A stretch of DNA of 64,000 nt from Paramecium tetraurelia (lineage: Eukaryota): NCBI GenBank assembly GCA_000165425.1, contig CT868540.1:620001-684000 (forward strand), in the 5' to 3' direction. The position numbers and the translations under genes were made by a program. This document shows positions 26,152 to 40,400 of this stretch, piece after piece. Within the stretch, counting starts at the first letter, position 1, and each line of letters begins with the position of its first letter. The notes beneath the pieces are model-generated. The model was given only the letters and a program-made list of their open reading frames with translations, had not been told where the DNA came from and did no database searches.

Positions 26152-26736
26152 ATGTAAAAAGTATATTTTCCTGGTGAATTAATAAAGCATAAGAATGAAT
26201 TATAAAGTGGGATTGGAACCTATGTGAAAGATGATAAAATATTTGCATCAATGAAGGGAAGTCTAACTATGAATGAATAACTGATATCCATATTCCCATC
26301 CCATCAATAAGATCCAGAATTAAAAATAGGTGCCATCATAATTGGCTAAGTCAACAGCATTCGAGAAGACAGAGTATTTGTTAGGATTTTAAAGATAAAT
26401 GGAGTGAAAGTTAATAACTACATAGAAGGTGTATTGAGGTATTGAAGTTAAATAAAACTTAGAAAATAAAACATAAGATCACATGAGATTGACTTGTTGG
26501 AAATGAATAAATGCTACTTGCCAGGAGATATCATAAAGGCAAGAATGATCTCTTATGGAGATTCATTGAAATTGTATCTGAGTACAGCAGAGGATGAATT
26601 AGGAGTACTTTTTGCTAAACACTAAGAAACACAGAAATTAATGATTCCCTTATCCTGGGATGAAATGCTTTGTGTAGAAAGCGGTTTGAAGGAGAAAAGG
26701 AAAGTAGCTAAGCCTAATTTCAATTAATTGGTCTGA
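26152..26736 (+). CDS. CSL4: RNA exosome cap subunit Csl4/EXOSC1
   Basis: FPGE, GIGTY, CYLPGDIIKARMIS, LSTAEDELGV, KEKRKVAKP. Confidence 0.9.
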
Positions 26737-26777
26737 TTTGTCCATAATTTATATAATCGTTTATATGTATCTGATCC

Positions 26778-27926
26778 TCATTTTTTACTTTTTGGTTTGC
26801 TTGAAAAGATCTTCACTTTCTATTCTCCTGATTTAGCTTCATGCATAATGTGTTAAGCATCAGTTTAAACTGATTTTTATGGTGGGGTTGTTGTAGTTGT
26901 TGTTGCAACATCATTATTTAGATCAGCTCTATCTTAAACAACAGCTTTAACAATATTTTAAATATTCATATTATTTTGTCTCTCCAATATAGTTCCAGGC
27001 AAGTATTTAGGAATTCCAAAAATTCTATGTTAAATAGTCTTATTTACTTTCTGATTTGCTCTTGTCTTGCTAGAGCTGTAATAATTAAATGGCAGAGTGC
27101 AGAGGAGCACCAATAAAGATTAACACCAGCTGGGAAAAAGATAACAACAGGAATAGAAAAGAAAGGCAAGAACCTAACATATCTGTAATACTTTGCAAAA
27201 GGTACAGTAGATTATGATTACATGTTAGGATTCAAAGAGATGTTCCAAAATGTGAAAATGGAACTCATTATGGGCAATATTCCATAAGGATCATACTCGC
27301 TTAGATCTTGGAACCTATTAATTAACACAATTATTACCATAAAAATCCTTGACTTTTTAGTCCCTCATATTTATCTGGCAAAGAGCAGACATATCTCAAT
27401 GATAGAAACCATGTGAATAGGAAAGGCATTTGTAGTATCGACAATCCAGGAATGAGCATATTGATATTATGCTTTCTTTTGAAAAGTTTAAATTATTTTT
27501 ATGCTGCTCTACTTGCTTTGAAGTCCTGAGCTCTCATTGCTCGTTAAATCATATTTTAAAAGTTTTTAGATTCAGGCTCGATTAATTTCATACGACAAGC
27601 ATTTAATTATGCAGAAAACATCAGAGGTGTAAAAGCTATCTTTATACCCATTGATATTGCTAAGATTCCCCATCCCATTCCCCAACTCTTTAAAATAAAT
27701 ATGCAATATTTACTAAATCATTAGCCAAATAAAGTAGTAATTCTCTTGAGTATTCATCTAATGAATTGTACATGTTGGTAGGAGTATATGCAGAGAATCT
27801 TGTAATTAAGTCTTCTACCATAATACTAGAAGGAGCAGTCAATCCTTATTATACATTGGCAAAATCAAAGACACCTGTAGGTATTTTGGTTGAGAATTTG
27901 TATAACTTAAGTGTTCTCGATATCAT
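26778..27926 (-). CDS. OXA1: Mitochondrial Oxa1/YidC membrane insertase
   Basis: Presequence-like N-terminus, GWGI, LQMPFLFTWF, GFLWFQDLSEYDPYGILP, PAGVNLYW; three introns. Confidence 0.87.
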
Positions 27927-28378
27927 AAATATAATTTTATCATTTTATAAAAATTTTTTTAGTTCACTTTACAAAATATAACAACACCATAATTCGAGTA
28001 ATACAGATTTCATTTGCTTTAAACATCAAAATGAACAAATTTGAGTATCTTATAGTTTTCAAAAAACAAAGAAAGTTAATAAGAGGTTCAATATAGAATA
28101 AAAAATTTAGATGATTAAAACTATAAAGTAAATGTTCAAATAAATGTAAAGAATCGATCTAGAATAATTATGAGATAATACATTAGATAGATTATCAATT
28201 TTTAGAATGATAAATAATAAATTGAATTTGAATTGTTTTTTGATTTTATTGATCTGCATTTAATCATGATTGTTTTAATGTTTATTTTGTTATAGTTGCA
28301 ATCGTTCGGCTTACTCTCACAGACAGTTAATAAATAATAAATAATATTAATATTGGAATATATTAAAATTCAAAATTA

Positions 28379-31300
28379 ATGTAATATAGATCAAGTAAAC
28401 CTCCTCAATCGGTGAAGAACAAACCGGGGTCATTCTTTCCAAAGCAACCTTACTCACCAGCAAAGTCACATATAGAGCACTTTGTGTCTGAAAATCCTAC
28501 ACCCCATTATCGAAAATAATAATAAGCTTATCCTACGAGACAAAATTCGTTTAATATGTCAAGTGGGGAAAGCCTAGAATAATTTCATAGAAAGCGATAA
28601 AATTCCAATTTTAGTTAAGATAAGAAAGCAAAAAATTAACTGTATAATATTTTATTCAACAATACAAATCGTAATGGTAGTTTTTGCTAAGACACAATGT
28701 AAAATATGATCATTTATAATTAGGAAGAAACAACCTAGACAAGCCTCATTTAATAGTTAAGGACAAAATTGGTACCTTCCAAGTAAATAGAAGTTATCTT
28801 AAACTATGTAAAAAAAGCTATCCAAGAATAACAACAGCATGGATGGATAGCAGACGTTTGATATTAGTTTCGAAAACAATGTAATCAAAGGTTATTAGGA
28901 CTATAGTGGTTTTTAGAGTGACACAACCAAACCTTCAGAAGAATACAATCCTAGATCAATCAAGTTGTTTGAAAAGGGCAAATAATTGTTAAGAGAAAAG
29001 TAAATTGATGAAGCTATTGAGTAAACAATTTATTAATCCAAGCCTATTAAAAAAATGCGTAGAGGTGGACACCAGATTGTTAGAGGGCCATTATTTCTTG
29101 GGAATAGGTTATTTGGGAACTCAAATGTATTAAAAGGCTATTGAAGAATTCCAACATGTAATTTAGTAGGATGCAGTTCATCGCAAAAACATTTATCTCC
29201 TATTAGCCATTTCTCATAAAAAGATGAACGAATTGGATTAAGCAATTCAAATACTCAATAAAGTCATAGGTATGTTCCCTCGATATTACGACGCTTACAT
29301 ATACAGAGGCAAATTATTCATCAAACTCAATCAAATTGATAAGGCTGAATAAGATTTCAATGTCGCCATTTAATTAAGTCCATAAAAGGGTTTAGGTTAT
29401 TTAGGTAAAGCAGATTGCCTTAGAATGTAAAGCCAATACAAAGAAGCAATTAAATCTTACTAAAAAGCCATCAATTGCGAGTAGGCAGTTGGAAATGCGG
29501 CTATGCTAAAGAAAGCCATTACTTTATTTGAAAGCCAATAATATGAAGAATGTGCAAAAGATCTAACAAAACTGTTAGAAACTGATCCAACTAATTCAGA
29601 AGCATATTATTTCAAAGGGTTAAGTAGATTGAAAATAAGTAATTCCTTTTTTTATTTTAGAGAATGCAACTGAAGCATTATTATGTTTTGAATAAGCTAT
29701 AAAACACAATAATTCTAAAAAAGCTGTTACCAAATCATTGTACGAAATAGCTAAGATGAAAATTGAATAAAGAGACTTTTATGCTGCTTATCATACATTA
29801 AATAGATCTTCAATGTTGGACACAGAGAAAAGTTATTTAGAAAAATTTCGATTGTTCACAGAAGTAAATTAATAAGTTAAAATAGGCTGTAATATTCTTG
29901 ATGAAAAGAAAATTCTAAGAAAGCATGCTCAATTTTCAAGAAATCTAAAATAACCATTAATTAAATGACTTTTTAAAGCCCTTATTTTATGCTTACAGAG
30001 CGTATGGGTACTTTTGTTTGTCTAAACATTAAAAAGCACTGGATGATTATAAATATCTATTAGAAATTTAACCAGCTGAGTCAAGTATTCATTATAACAA
30101 GTTTTTATGCGAAGGAATCTTAAAAGTATAATCAGGCTTATTCACAGCAGGCATGGAATTCTTTTAGAGAGCTTAGAAGATATTTTAAAAGAAAATGGAA
30201 CCTACATTCTATTTGGCTGTAACTTATATTAATTAATCTTTCAAAAAAAAAAGTGATTAGTATAAAGATGTTATCAAAGGACTAGAACTACTAGACAAAG
30301 CTAACAGTATGAACGATTAAAATGCTAATTTATATTATATTCGCTCTATTGTTAAGTGTTTTTTAGGCTAAGTGAACGAAGCTCTGATGGATATAGAATC
30401 TGCAATTCAAAAGTCAGAAGATAACATTGCCAAGTATTTCTATTTCAGAGGAATGGTTTTTGGCTTACTTAAACAATATAAACACTCTCTAAATGATTTT
30501 AGCATTTGTTTAACACTTGATGAGACCTTTGCAGATGCTTATTTAAATAGAGCAAAATGCCATTTTTTAAGTGGGGATTCAAATTCTGCTTTTTAAGATT
30601 TACAATAATGTATTCAGATTCTATAAGATGATCCAAGAATGCATGTATGGGCTGGTAACTTTTTGTTTGCAAATGCTGCAATTGAAGATGCCATAAAAGC
30701 TTATTCAAATAACAAAGACTATAAAAACAATCCCAAATTATTAGAATTACGCTCCGAATGCTATATGGTTTTAGGTGATCTGAATTAATGTTAAGAGAAT
30801 ATTAATAGATTATATAAATTAACTAAAGAGAAAACTGCTGAATTTGATAAGGATATGCTACAAGCTTTGAGGTTAGTGTTCAAAGATGACTAATAAATAT
30901 ATTTTAATGAGGAGAGTGAAAATGAGTAAATTGAGTTCAAAAGTAATCTTAACAAAGCAATTAGTGGTTTAAAATTATGTAGAGGAAATGGTAAATTGTT
31001 TCAGCAGTTTCATGTTTACATTTTTAGAGGAGTCTTCCTGTTTCATTTAGAAAAATATGAGGAAGCTTTAAGAGACTTTTAAATGGCAAGTAGTTAAAAA
31101 GAACTCTCTATTACAGAGAAGAGATTAAAACAAAGGAGAAGTGAATCTGATATATTTAATGAAGAAGAATTTCATGAGCTAACTGAAGATGAGGAAGATG
31201 CTGATTTGTTAGAAATATTGGAAATCCAATTTAATGAATTAATTTGTTTAGTTATACTCAAGTAATTCAAGAAAGCTAAGGAAAAATGCAAATAATTGAT

Positions 31301-31838
31301 TGAGAATATTAATGAAGCAAAGTAAGAGGGCTTATAAATATTATTGATGCATATTGAATAAATCCTTATGAAAGATTAACAAAATATTGATTATTAAAGA
31401 GTAATTTGTCTTTATGATGAACCTAAAGAGAATATTATTTGCTTTTAAGTACCTATAGTTTTTGTAAATGGATTGAAGATACGTTTATCATTTAGTTTAC
31501 CAAAATTATCTCCTCCATCTTTATCCATAACATTTGATAGAAAATTAGTTTCAGACATTGGAGTATTATATCATCATTTATTATTTTAGCCTTTATCAGT
31601 TGAAAATAAACCAGAAGCTCCTTGGATAAGAAGAGAATAACAAGATGACATGATTATATTCACAGAAAATGTTTAATTAGTAGATGATATTAGATTAGAG
31701 ACTGAAAAAGATGATGAGTAGCCTCAGTAACAATAATAAATGTTAGAAATTACTTAAATTAAAAATAATCTTATGTTAGATAAAGATATTGAAGAAAAAT
31801 TGTAAAGATTTTTCGAAAAAAAAAATAAATAAAAATGA
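28379..31838 (+). CDS. Large tetratricopeptide-repeat protein (TTC6-like)
   Basis: Many TPR units (DAYIYRGKL, EAYYFKGL, DAYLNRAKC); C-terminal LSVENKPEAPWIRR. Confidence 0.85.
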
Positions 31839-32297
31839 TTTATTATATAATTAAATATATAAAATTTTCACTGACTAGAAATAATAATTAAAAGAAAATT
31901 CTAGTCTTTATTAAACATTTTATTTCAGATAAATATGAAAGAGGATATAATATAGATTTATTTTATAGAAGATATTATTCTTATCTATATATAGGAAAAT
32001 AATTACTGTTTTCTTCTTTTTATTTTTAACTCTTTCTTTTGATTAAAATTGAATATTCATCTCTTTAACTACAGTTTTAGTATCTTCTATCCATACGACA
32101 GAGAGATTAAGTCATAAATGTAATTAAAAATTTGTTTGATTAATATTTTTGTTTATTCACAAATTATTAGAGAGATTCAATTCAATAGGTATTAATGTTC
32201 AGCTATCTTCTGAGCAATATAAATTTCTATATTCAATTATGGTGTGACGAGTAGTCATTAAAAATTTTAAATTAAATTAAATCTTTTATACAAATAA

Positions 32298-32818
32298 ATG
32301 TCTTTGGTTTTGGAAAAGGCTGATTCATTCAGACACATTATTCGTATATTGAATACAAACGTTGATGGAAAATAAAGACTTGCTTACGGTATTAGAAGCA
32401 TTAAAGGTATCGGCAGAAGATTTGCTATCTAAATTTGCAAGGTATTTGATGTTTTTTAATCATTCTATAGGTTCTCCGTCTTGATCTTACAAAGAGAGCC
32501 GGTGAATTGACTGACGATGAGGCTCACAAAATCACTGAAGTCATCAAATCACCAGAAGCTTATAACATTCCAAGATGGTTTTTGAATAGACAAAGAGATT
32601 TTAAGGATGGCAAAAATTATTAAGTCACAACAAACGAATTGGAAACCAAATTAAGAGAAGATTTAGAAAGAATGAAGAAAATCAAGTATATCAATTAAAT
32701 TATGTTAAGGTGTAATCGTGGTTTGAGACATCATTGGGGATTGAGAGTTAGAGGACAACATACTAAAACCACTGGTAGAGGAGGATAAACCCTTGGAGTT
32801 GAAAGAAAGAAGAAGTGA
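32298..32818 (+). CDS. RPS18: 40S ribosomal protein S18 (uS13)
   Basis: [53 protein letters not shown]; two introns. Confidence 0.97.
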
Positions 32819-33854
32819 TTAATAATTTATTAAGTACATTAAAAATAATAAATGGACTAATTATGGTTTAATGAATGGTATAACTTCTAATTTATTTGTT
32901 AAAATTAATTATACAGAATATTATTTAGAATCAAAATTTGTGTATATTTTGATCCTCTATTGTCCACAACCTTGTAAAAATACATTTATTATATCCTTTA
33001 TCCATCATATAGTAAACTATTGAACAATTACTACTAAGAAATATTAAAGAAGATCACAAATTAGAGTTAATAATTGAGTCTGAAAATCATGCATTATAGA
33101 TAATTTAGGAAATGCGATTAAAGCACAGTTGAAAATCTCCTTCTCAATTTTGAATAACAAATTAATAAAATTTCTATTTTAAGAATCAAACTATTCTATT
33201 TTCTTTTTCCAATAGAATTTGATTAATATTATAATGTAAGAATATTATTCTAAGAAAGATGCCATTCTATTTATACTTTAGGGTAGACAATGTTACTCTA
33301 TTTAAATAACAAATTGCAGCTAAAAAATGAATATTGGTAGATTCCTTGATTTAAAAATGGAAATACTTATGAAGAATACGAATTATTATTATATACTTTA
33401 GAATTATGTCAATAAGATTATTATAATATATTAGATTATTTATACAAGCTCATAAACATATAATATATATATATTTATCATTTCAAAGATTTTCTTTCCC
33501 ACAACTACAATGAAAGTTTTCAGTTATTAGAATAGTTAATTAGTATTTTTATTTGTTCTTTGTATCTGTTATCAAAGTTCGATTGAACTTATAGAATTAG
33601 AGTTTAAGAATATGAGTTGTTCTAGCATTTCAGTTATAATCTCAGTAAATGTTATTTTACCCTATAATTTTTTAACTAGTACTGTTTTATCGAATGGATA
33701 ATGTGTTTTTAGAAGGAGAGAAGTTTATGAATATACACATTTAAATGAGATAACGATGATTTATAAATGGATTAATTAAAATAAACATAATTTATCAGAA
33801 TTAAAGCTATCATCCCTGATCAGGGATATTAAATTAATATAATTTATAAATTTA

Positions 33855-34286
33855 ATGACAGACACAGTTACATAAAGTATTCCAAGAAGAGAAAAAACAT
33901 GGGCAGAATTAGCTGAAGAAGAAGATGAGTATTTGGAAGAATTATAAAATTAAGTTTAATTTTTAAATTATACTTAGAATAAAAATGAATCGAGTCAATT
34001 AGCGGGAAAATAATTAACTAACTTTCAGAAAAGAATGATCGAAAGGATACGAAAATGCGATGAACCTATAGAAGTAGGTCTATAACAAGTTCGAAATAGC
34101 ATAAGTTAGGAAGAAATTTATACTGCATTTAAACAATACCATATAAGAGATTGCTATTTTAAATATGACAATTGTTTCTTTTATTTGCCAAAGGAATAAT
34201 CCATTAAATTAGTCGAAGAGAGCAATCTAAGAATCACTATAAAAGGGAGGAGTATTTTGATAGTGATCCTACCATTAAAAATTTGA
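33855..34286 (+). CDS. Small protein with a TWAELAEEEDE motif and a possible degenerate RRM
   Basis: 144-codon frame; C-half VGLQQVRNSISQEEIYTAFKQYHI...TIKGRSILI resembles an RRM pattern. Confidence 0.6.
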
Positions 34287-34321
34287 TTGATATATAAAAT
34301 TTTCATATCTACTTAGTGATA

Positions 34322-36353
34322 TCACATTAATTGTTCTAATTAACTATAACTAATAGATCCTGGTTTTCTTTCTATATAGAGTTCAGGCTGGGAAACTTTT
34401 TAAAACTATTTATAATCTACTGGATAATCCAACACTTTCTGTATCAGATCTTAATAACCCATTAACCCTTGAAAGATAAATGCATGCATTTATAACTATT
34501 CATAAATTTAAATAATTACATCTTCTGGTAAGAGTTGTTCCTGTTTATCAAATTTAATAAATTAAAAATTCTATTTGATTTCTGTTATACTCAATCTCAA
34601 ATATTAGAGAGCTGTCTTGTAAAAGGAATCTGATTCAAGTAAATGATTATTGCATAGCACTCCAATTATTAAATCTTTTTGGAAATCTAGTTTAAATTAC
34701 AAAATAATTTACTATTTTTATTGGCCAATTTTAGGGTTTTCTCAAAATGTCTCAAATACTTCTGTTGATATTCTGAAATTGCTTAACAGAATCTTTTATA
34801 AGATTCACTCTTTCTATAGTTTTCAAAATCATTCAAATAAAATATATTGTCTGCTTTGTTCTCTTTATCTAAGATCGTAGATAACTTATTTATTTTAATT
34901 GCCATATTTTTACCCATTAAAAATAACAATTTATCCCTAATTTCAGTGGGGAATACTTTTAAAGTTGCCAAATGTTATGAAAACTTATAAAGGAAACGAC
35001 AGAAATTGATTTAACAGAATAAAATCTCGTTATTTTATTTGAACTCTAGAGTTATGGATTTTTATTTCATTAAAGGAGGAGTAGGTTGCACCTATTCTTC
35101 AAAAGCATTGGTTTTAACTATTTTTTAAGGTAAAAGTAATTAATTTTAGCTTGAGGATCGTTATATTTGTGCTTCAAGCTTTTTTTAATTTTCCTCATGT
35201 AATTTGCGCTTTTCCTCTATCTATTGAGGTTTGAAATCTCTAATTGCATTATCTTTGATGTTCTAACTTTAGCTTCTTTTAATTTTCTTTACATAAGAGT
35301 TTTCAGTTGGCAAAGTGATATTTTGAATTTATTTCAAGGGCTCTCTTTTTTCTATTGGGCTTAAATTTCTTGATTGCATTATAGTATGTTCTGTCATATC
35401 CTTAACTCGCCATCTTTTAAATTCATCTATTTGTAAACATTTACGAATGAAATCCTTTGATTCATCAGAGACCATAGGTGAAGAAGGTAGAACTAATTAT
35501 TAATGTTATATGTTGGAAATTAGTGCTGCTTCAGAGGATGCATTATAAGGTGTCCTGCCTATCACAATAAAAATAAAGCATTACCATATAGCATTTCAAA
35601 AAATACAATACCGATAGCCCAAACATCTCCTTTTTCAGTGTGTCCTTACTATCTTAAAGCTTAAGGAGACATATATAAAGGAGTTCCTACATTAAAGTTT
35701 CTGCCTTGGATTCTAGCCTCATAAGCAGGGACTGCAAATCCGAAATCAGCTAATTTTGGTTGGTTGTCGTTTAGTAAAATGTTAGCTGGCTTAATATCTC
35801 TATGGATATATCCTTTCTTATTCAATTCATTTAATGCACTAACAACTGCTTGTAATATTCGTATAGCTTCAGATTCATCTATTCTTCCTTTCTTCTTGAT
35901 GTAATTATTGAGATCGCCCTGAATTATTAATGAGACAATACCGAGTCGCAAAATTCTGTGATGATATATGTATTATTTTAGGTTTAAAATACATCATAGA
36001 GTTTCATAATATTTTTGTGATTAAAAGCTTTGAGTGCATTGATTTCATTTTTTAATAGCTGGGAATGAATCGACTGCTTGACCATCTTCATATCTATCAC
36101 CTGAACTTTATGTCATAATGTTACTTTAACAGCCACATTTTCTGTTGTGTTCTCATCTCTCCCCTTATAGACTCTACTACTAAATCCTCTCCCTATTTCC
36201 TCATTAATGGCATAGGAATAGTGATCGATTGCTTTCCTTGTTTCACTTCCTGCTTTATTATGAACTGATTTATTTTTGAATATAATTACAATGCGTCCTA
36301 TAAGCAGACTAGGATGTGGCATAAGAAGGTAAATGAGGGCGGGTTTAGAACAT
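34322..36353 (-). CDS. Ser/Thr protein kinase (ULK-like ciliate expansion) with a C-terminal helical domain
   Basis: IGRGFSSRVY, VAVK, HRDIKPAN, LADFGF, GTPLYMSP, DVWAIG; five introns, 636 codons. Confidence 0.93.
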
Positions 36354-36482
36354 TATTTGAAAATAATTAAATTTCCTTATTAACGATTTTCTAAATAAAT
36401 ATAATCGAATTAATTAATATTATAAAAATAGCCTCTACATTTAAAACTCATTTTAGAATAGAAATATTGTAAAAATCAATTT

Positions 36483-37364
36483 TCACTAGAAGTAATCAAC
36501 TTTTGTTTTTTTGAATGACTTTTTATTAAACAACCCTGAAGTGTTAATTTCTTCATTTTTATTGTTCTTTTATTGCATCTATGGTAGAATATCTTTTAAT
36601 TCAATATCCTTGTCTGCCAATTCTATTAATTTTTATTACAATATTCTGTTTTTGTCCTTTCCAATTTAACCAAATATTAAGACTTCCTTAACAAGTTCTT
36701 GCTAATTTTTTATTGTCCCTTCCTTAATATCTTACTCAATCTTCTATGCTAACTACTCTTCATGATTAAGTTCTGGTTCCCCTTCTTCTGACTCAGAAGT
36801 TTCTACCTTAAATTTCTTTAAAAAAGTGTCTTCAGTTTTAACAACCTCCCACTAACCAACCTTCACAACTAATTCTTTATCTACATTTTCAACTGGATTC
36901 TATTGGTATTCTTCCCATGCTTCTTCTTCATAATCTTCTAACATCAATCCCATAGGTTTTTCATAATTGATAGTCCCTGTAATTGTATTTCTAAATCTCA
37001 ATCTTCCTGTATCATCTTCCTTTTCTAATATCCACACTTTGCCTTCTGCAAAAAATCCCAATTGATCTGCTACTTTTGTTTATTATTATTAATTTTCTCC
37101 TGTGTACTCATTTTCAACAGCCTGATGATAATTGTGTTCTTCCTTTTTTTAATTCTAATTTTTAAATCCTTTAGATGTCTAAGGTATTGAATCATAAGCT
37201 TTATTTTATGATTTATGTTCAATTCTTGCCTTCTTGTTCTATTCTCTTAAATGATATTCCTTGTTCTTTTTATGCTTAGCAGTATTCTCATGATCCTGAA
37301 TAGCAGCTCTTGTGTAAGGAATTAACATCTTGCAGACTTCACACCATTTCTTTCTTTCACTCAT
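36483..37364 (-). CDS. U1-type zinc finger plus degenerate WW protein, WBP4/FBP21-like
   Basis: KKWCEVCKMLI...HENTAKHK; VWILEKEDDTGRLRFRNTITGTINYEKP; VGQWEVV. Confidence 0.75.
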
Positions 37365-37423
37365 TATTTTTCAATTTAATTTATACTTGTTATAATATTA
37401 ATCGTTTTTGCAATATAATAACA

Positions 37424-40400
37424 ATGCCTTAACTCTTTTATTAGATTTAGCTATCATTTGTCGTATTGATACTATTAGCTGGTCTCCCTACTTTTGCTTA
37501 ATAGCAGAATACTATTTAGTTTGGAGAAACAAAGACACAAACCAACAATTATAATTTCATAGAATTGGAAAATGAGAAGCATCAAGGAGCTATCATAAAA
37601 CCTTTAATAGATCCGAAATCCTACAAATACATTGAACTGGAAAACAAGTTAAAAGTGTTACTTATACACGATCCGAACTCAGAAATTGCCTCTGCAGCTA
37701 TGGATGTGTCAGTGGGATCTTGGAATGAACCAAGTGAATATCCTGGTTTAGCACATTTTTGTGAGCATATGTTATTTGTTGGCTCTGCTAAATATCCTAG
37801 ACCTGATTATTTCGATGAATTATTGGCAAAAGGATCTGGAAGTTCTAATGCATACACTGATGCTACAAATACCAATTATTATTTCGAAATAACATCATAA
37901 TACTTAGATAAAGCTTTAGATACATTTGCTCACTTCTTTATAGACCCTCTTTTTAGTGAAGATTTAGTGGAAAGAGAGAAAAACGCTGTCAACTCAGAAT
38001 ATGAGATAGACGTATCCTCAGAAGATTGGAAAATCTAAAATTTATTTACATTGTTTGCTGATCCTAAACATCCTGCTAGTAGATTCAGTTTAGGAAATAA
38101 TGAAGTGTTGAAAAAGAAGGGTATTGAAAATGCATTACAATCATTTTTTGAATAATATTATTCCTCGAACATAATGAGTTTGGTTATTTAGAGTAGAATC
38201 AGTTTGTAAGAAATGGAACGATTGATTAAACCTTTTAATCGTATCAAGAATTAAAATTTATAACCTCCACAATTCCAAGCATTTCCATATTAATTTGGAA
38301 TTTTATGCAAATATAAAACTGAAAAAGAATAATTAACATTAAATTGGCAGCTTAAAGGAAGAGAAAAGTTTACTCATTAAAAGCCAATTGAATTTTTAGA
38401 TTACATCATATAAAATGGAAATCTAATAGATTACTTGAAGGAGTAAAATTTAATTATCTCACTTTCTTCTGAAGTTTTCATGGAAGAGTCCTCATTTACA
38501 AATTACATGATGGAGATAGTTTTAACAGAGAAATCTAAAGAGAATGAGGAAGCTGTTGCTGAAATCACTAAAATTATATTCAATTACATCTAAAAATTAG
38601 AAGAGTGGTTATCTGATGATGAATATATCAACCAAGTGTTCAAGGAGCAAAGCAAAATTTCTAAATTGAATTTCAACTATCTAACCTAATAATTGGATAC
38701 TTCAACTATGGCCAAAGTTTTAAACAGATAGAAATCAAAGGAAGTACTCTCCTCAGAATTCATTATGGAGACTTTGGATAAGGATTTAATATTAGATTAT
38801 ATAGGATAATTAAAGAATACATAAAATTTAATCATTTTGATAGGCGACCATCAATATTCTTATACAAATGAAAAAGAAGATGATAACAAGAGTAATAAAT
38901 AATTTTTATAGGATAAACTGCTATATGAAAAAAATAATTTATATAGACTTGTATATTCAAAATAGAAATTTGATGAGCATTTTATTAATTTTATATCTAA
39001 ACAGGATGAAAAACTATAGGATATGTTTGAAAAACCTTAATAAAATGATTTTATTCCAGAGAATGTGGAATTAATTTCTTTATGTGAATCATCGGAATCC
39101 AAATTACCTAAAATAGTTCATTCTGATAAATTAAAGACTTTGGATTAACAAAGTAAATTAAACTTGTTTTTGATGGCAGGTTAAGATCTAAATCAATATA
39201 GTGATGAGTAATGTTCATTAGAAGAACATAAATACTAAAAATAAAATCATTATCCAATTTTACTTAACAAAGAATAGCAAGAATGGTGGAAGAGTTAAAC
39301 CTCCTATAAAGTGCCTTTTATTTTTGGGGCTTTATAAATGAAGTATCAAAAAACTTTAAGTTTACGACAATTCACTTCATTAAGGTTGTATAACTTTATG
39401 GCAGATGAGGTCATATCAAAGGAATTAAAATTACCTTTATCTTCTGGATATTCTTATGAACTGGATATGAATAAGAAGACTCAAATAAAGGTTTATGGAT
39501 TCAGTGAACATGTGAGAAATCTATTTAAAAAACTATGTTCCTGTTTGAATCCATTTAGAGATAAATCTAAAAGTTTCCTTGAACTTACCGAATCAAAAAG
39601 ATTTGAAATAGCCAAATAATCATTACTGTTGTCAATTAAGAATATGTATTAGGATAATTTATTTGAATAAGCCATTTAAATATATTTGCCCTAATTATTA
39701 TAAAAAGATTCTCATGATCCTGCTAAAGTATTGGAATAAATTGATTAAATTACATAATAAGAAATGCTTAAAGATGTTAGAGACATCATGAATAGTGTGT
39801 AATATTCTAGTTTGTTTATTGGAAATCTTGATTAGTCTGAGGCAACTAAGATATCGGATGAGGTTCAATCATGTACAAAAAATAAAGAATAATCATCTGT
39901 TTCGGATAATATTTAAGATAAGGTAGCAATCATAAATTTAAAAGGAAAAAACCTTATTGATTCGAGATTTATAGAATCAGGGAATGATGATGATATTAAT
40001 GGTGTCACTTTAAATTATTATTAAATTGGATAAAGAAAGTAAATGAATTAGGCATTTATTAAATTATTAGAACCAATTCTAAATCAATAAGCTTATAATT
40101 ATTTACGAACTGATTTATAATTAGGCTATGTTGTAGCAGTAGAATTTAAAACAACAGCCTGTGTAGATGGAGCTTTGATTTTAGTGTAAGGAAGCACAGA
40201 AATACCAATGAAAGTGAATCAAATTATTGATGATTTCTTGGATAAGTTTTCAGTCTATTTGGAGTAAATGAATAATAGAGAATTTCAACATCTTAAACAT
40301 GGAGTGATTACTGATTTAAAGGAAAACCCATAAAGTTTGAGTGAAGAAGGCGATCGCCTATGGAAATATATTAGTGCTGGAACTATTGAATTTGAGGACA

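Noticed and set aside
32852..33513. Long TGA-free frame after RPS18
   Set aside because: Such frames arise by chance with a single stop codon; the translation is I/Y/F/N-rich and shows no protein-like motifs
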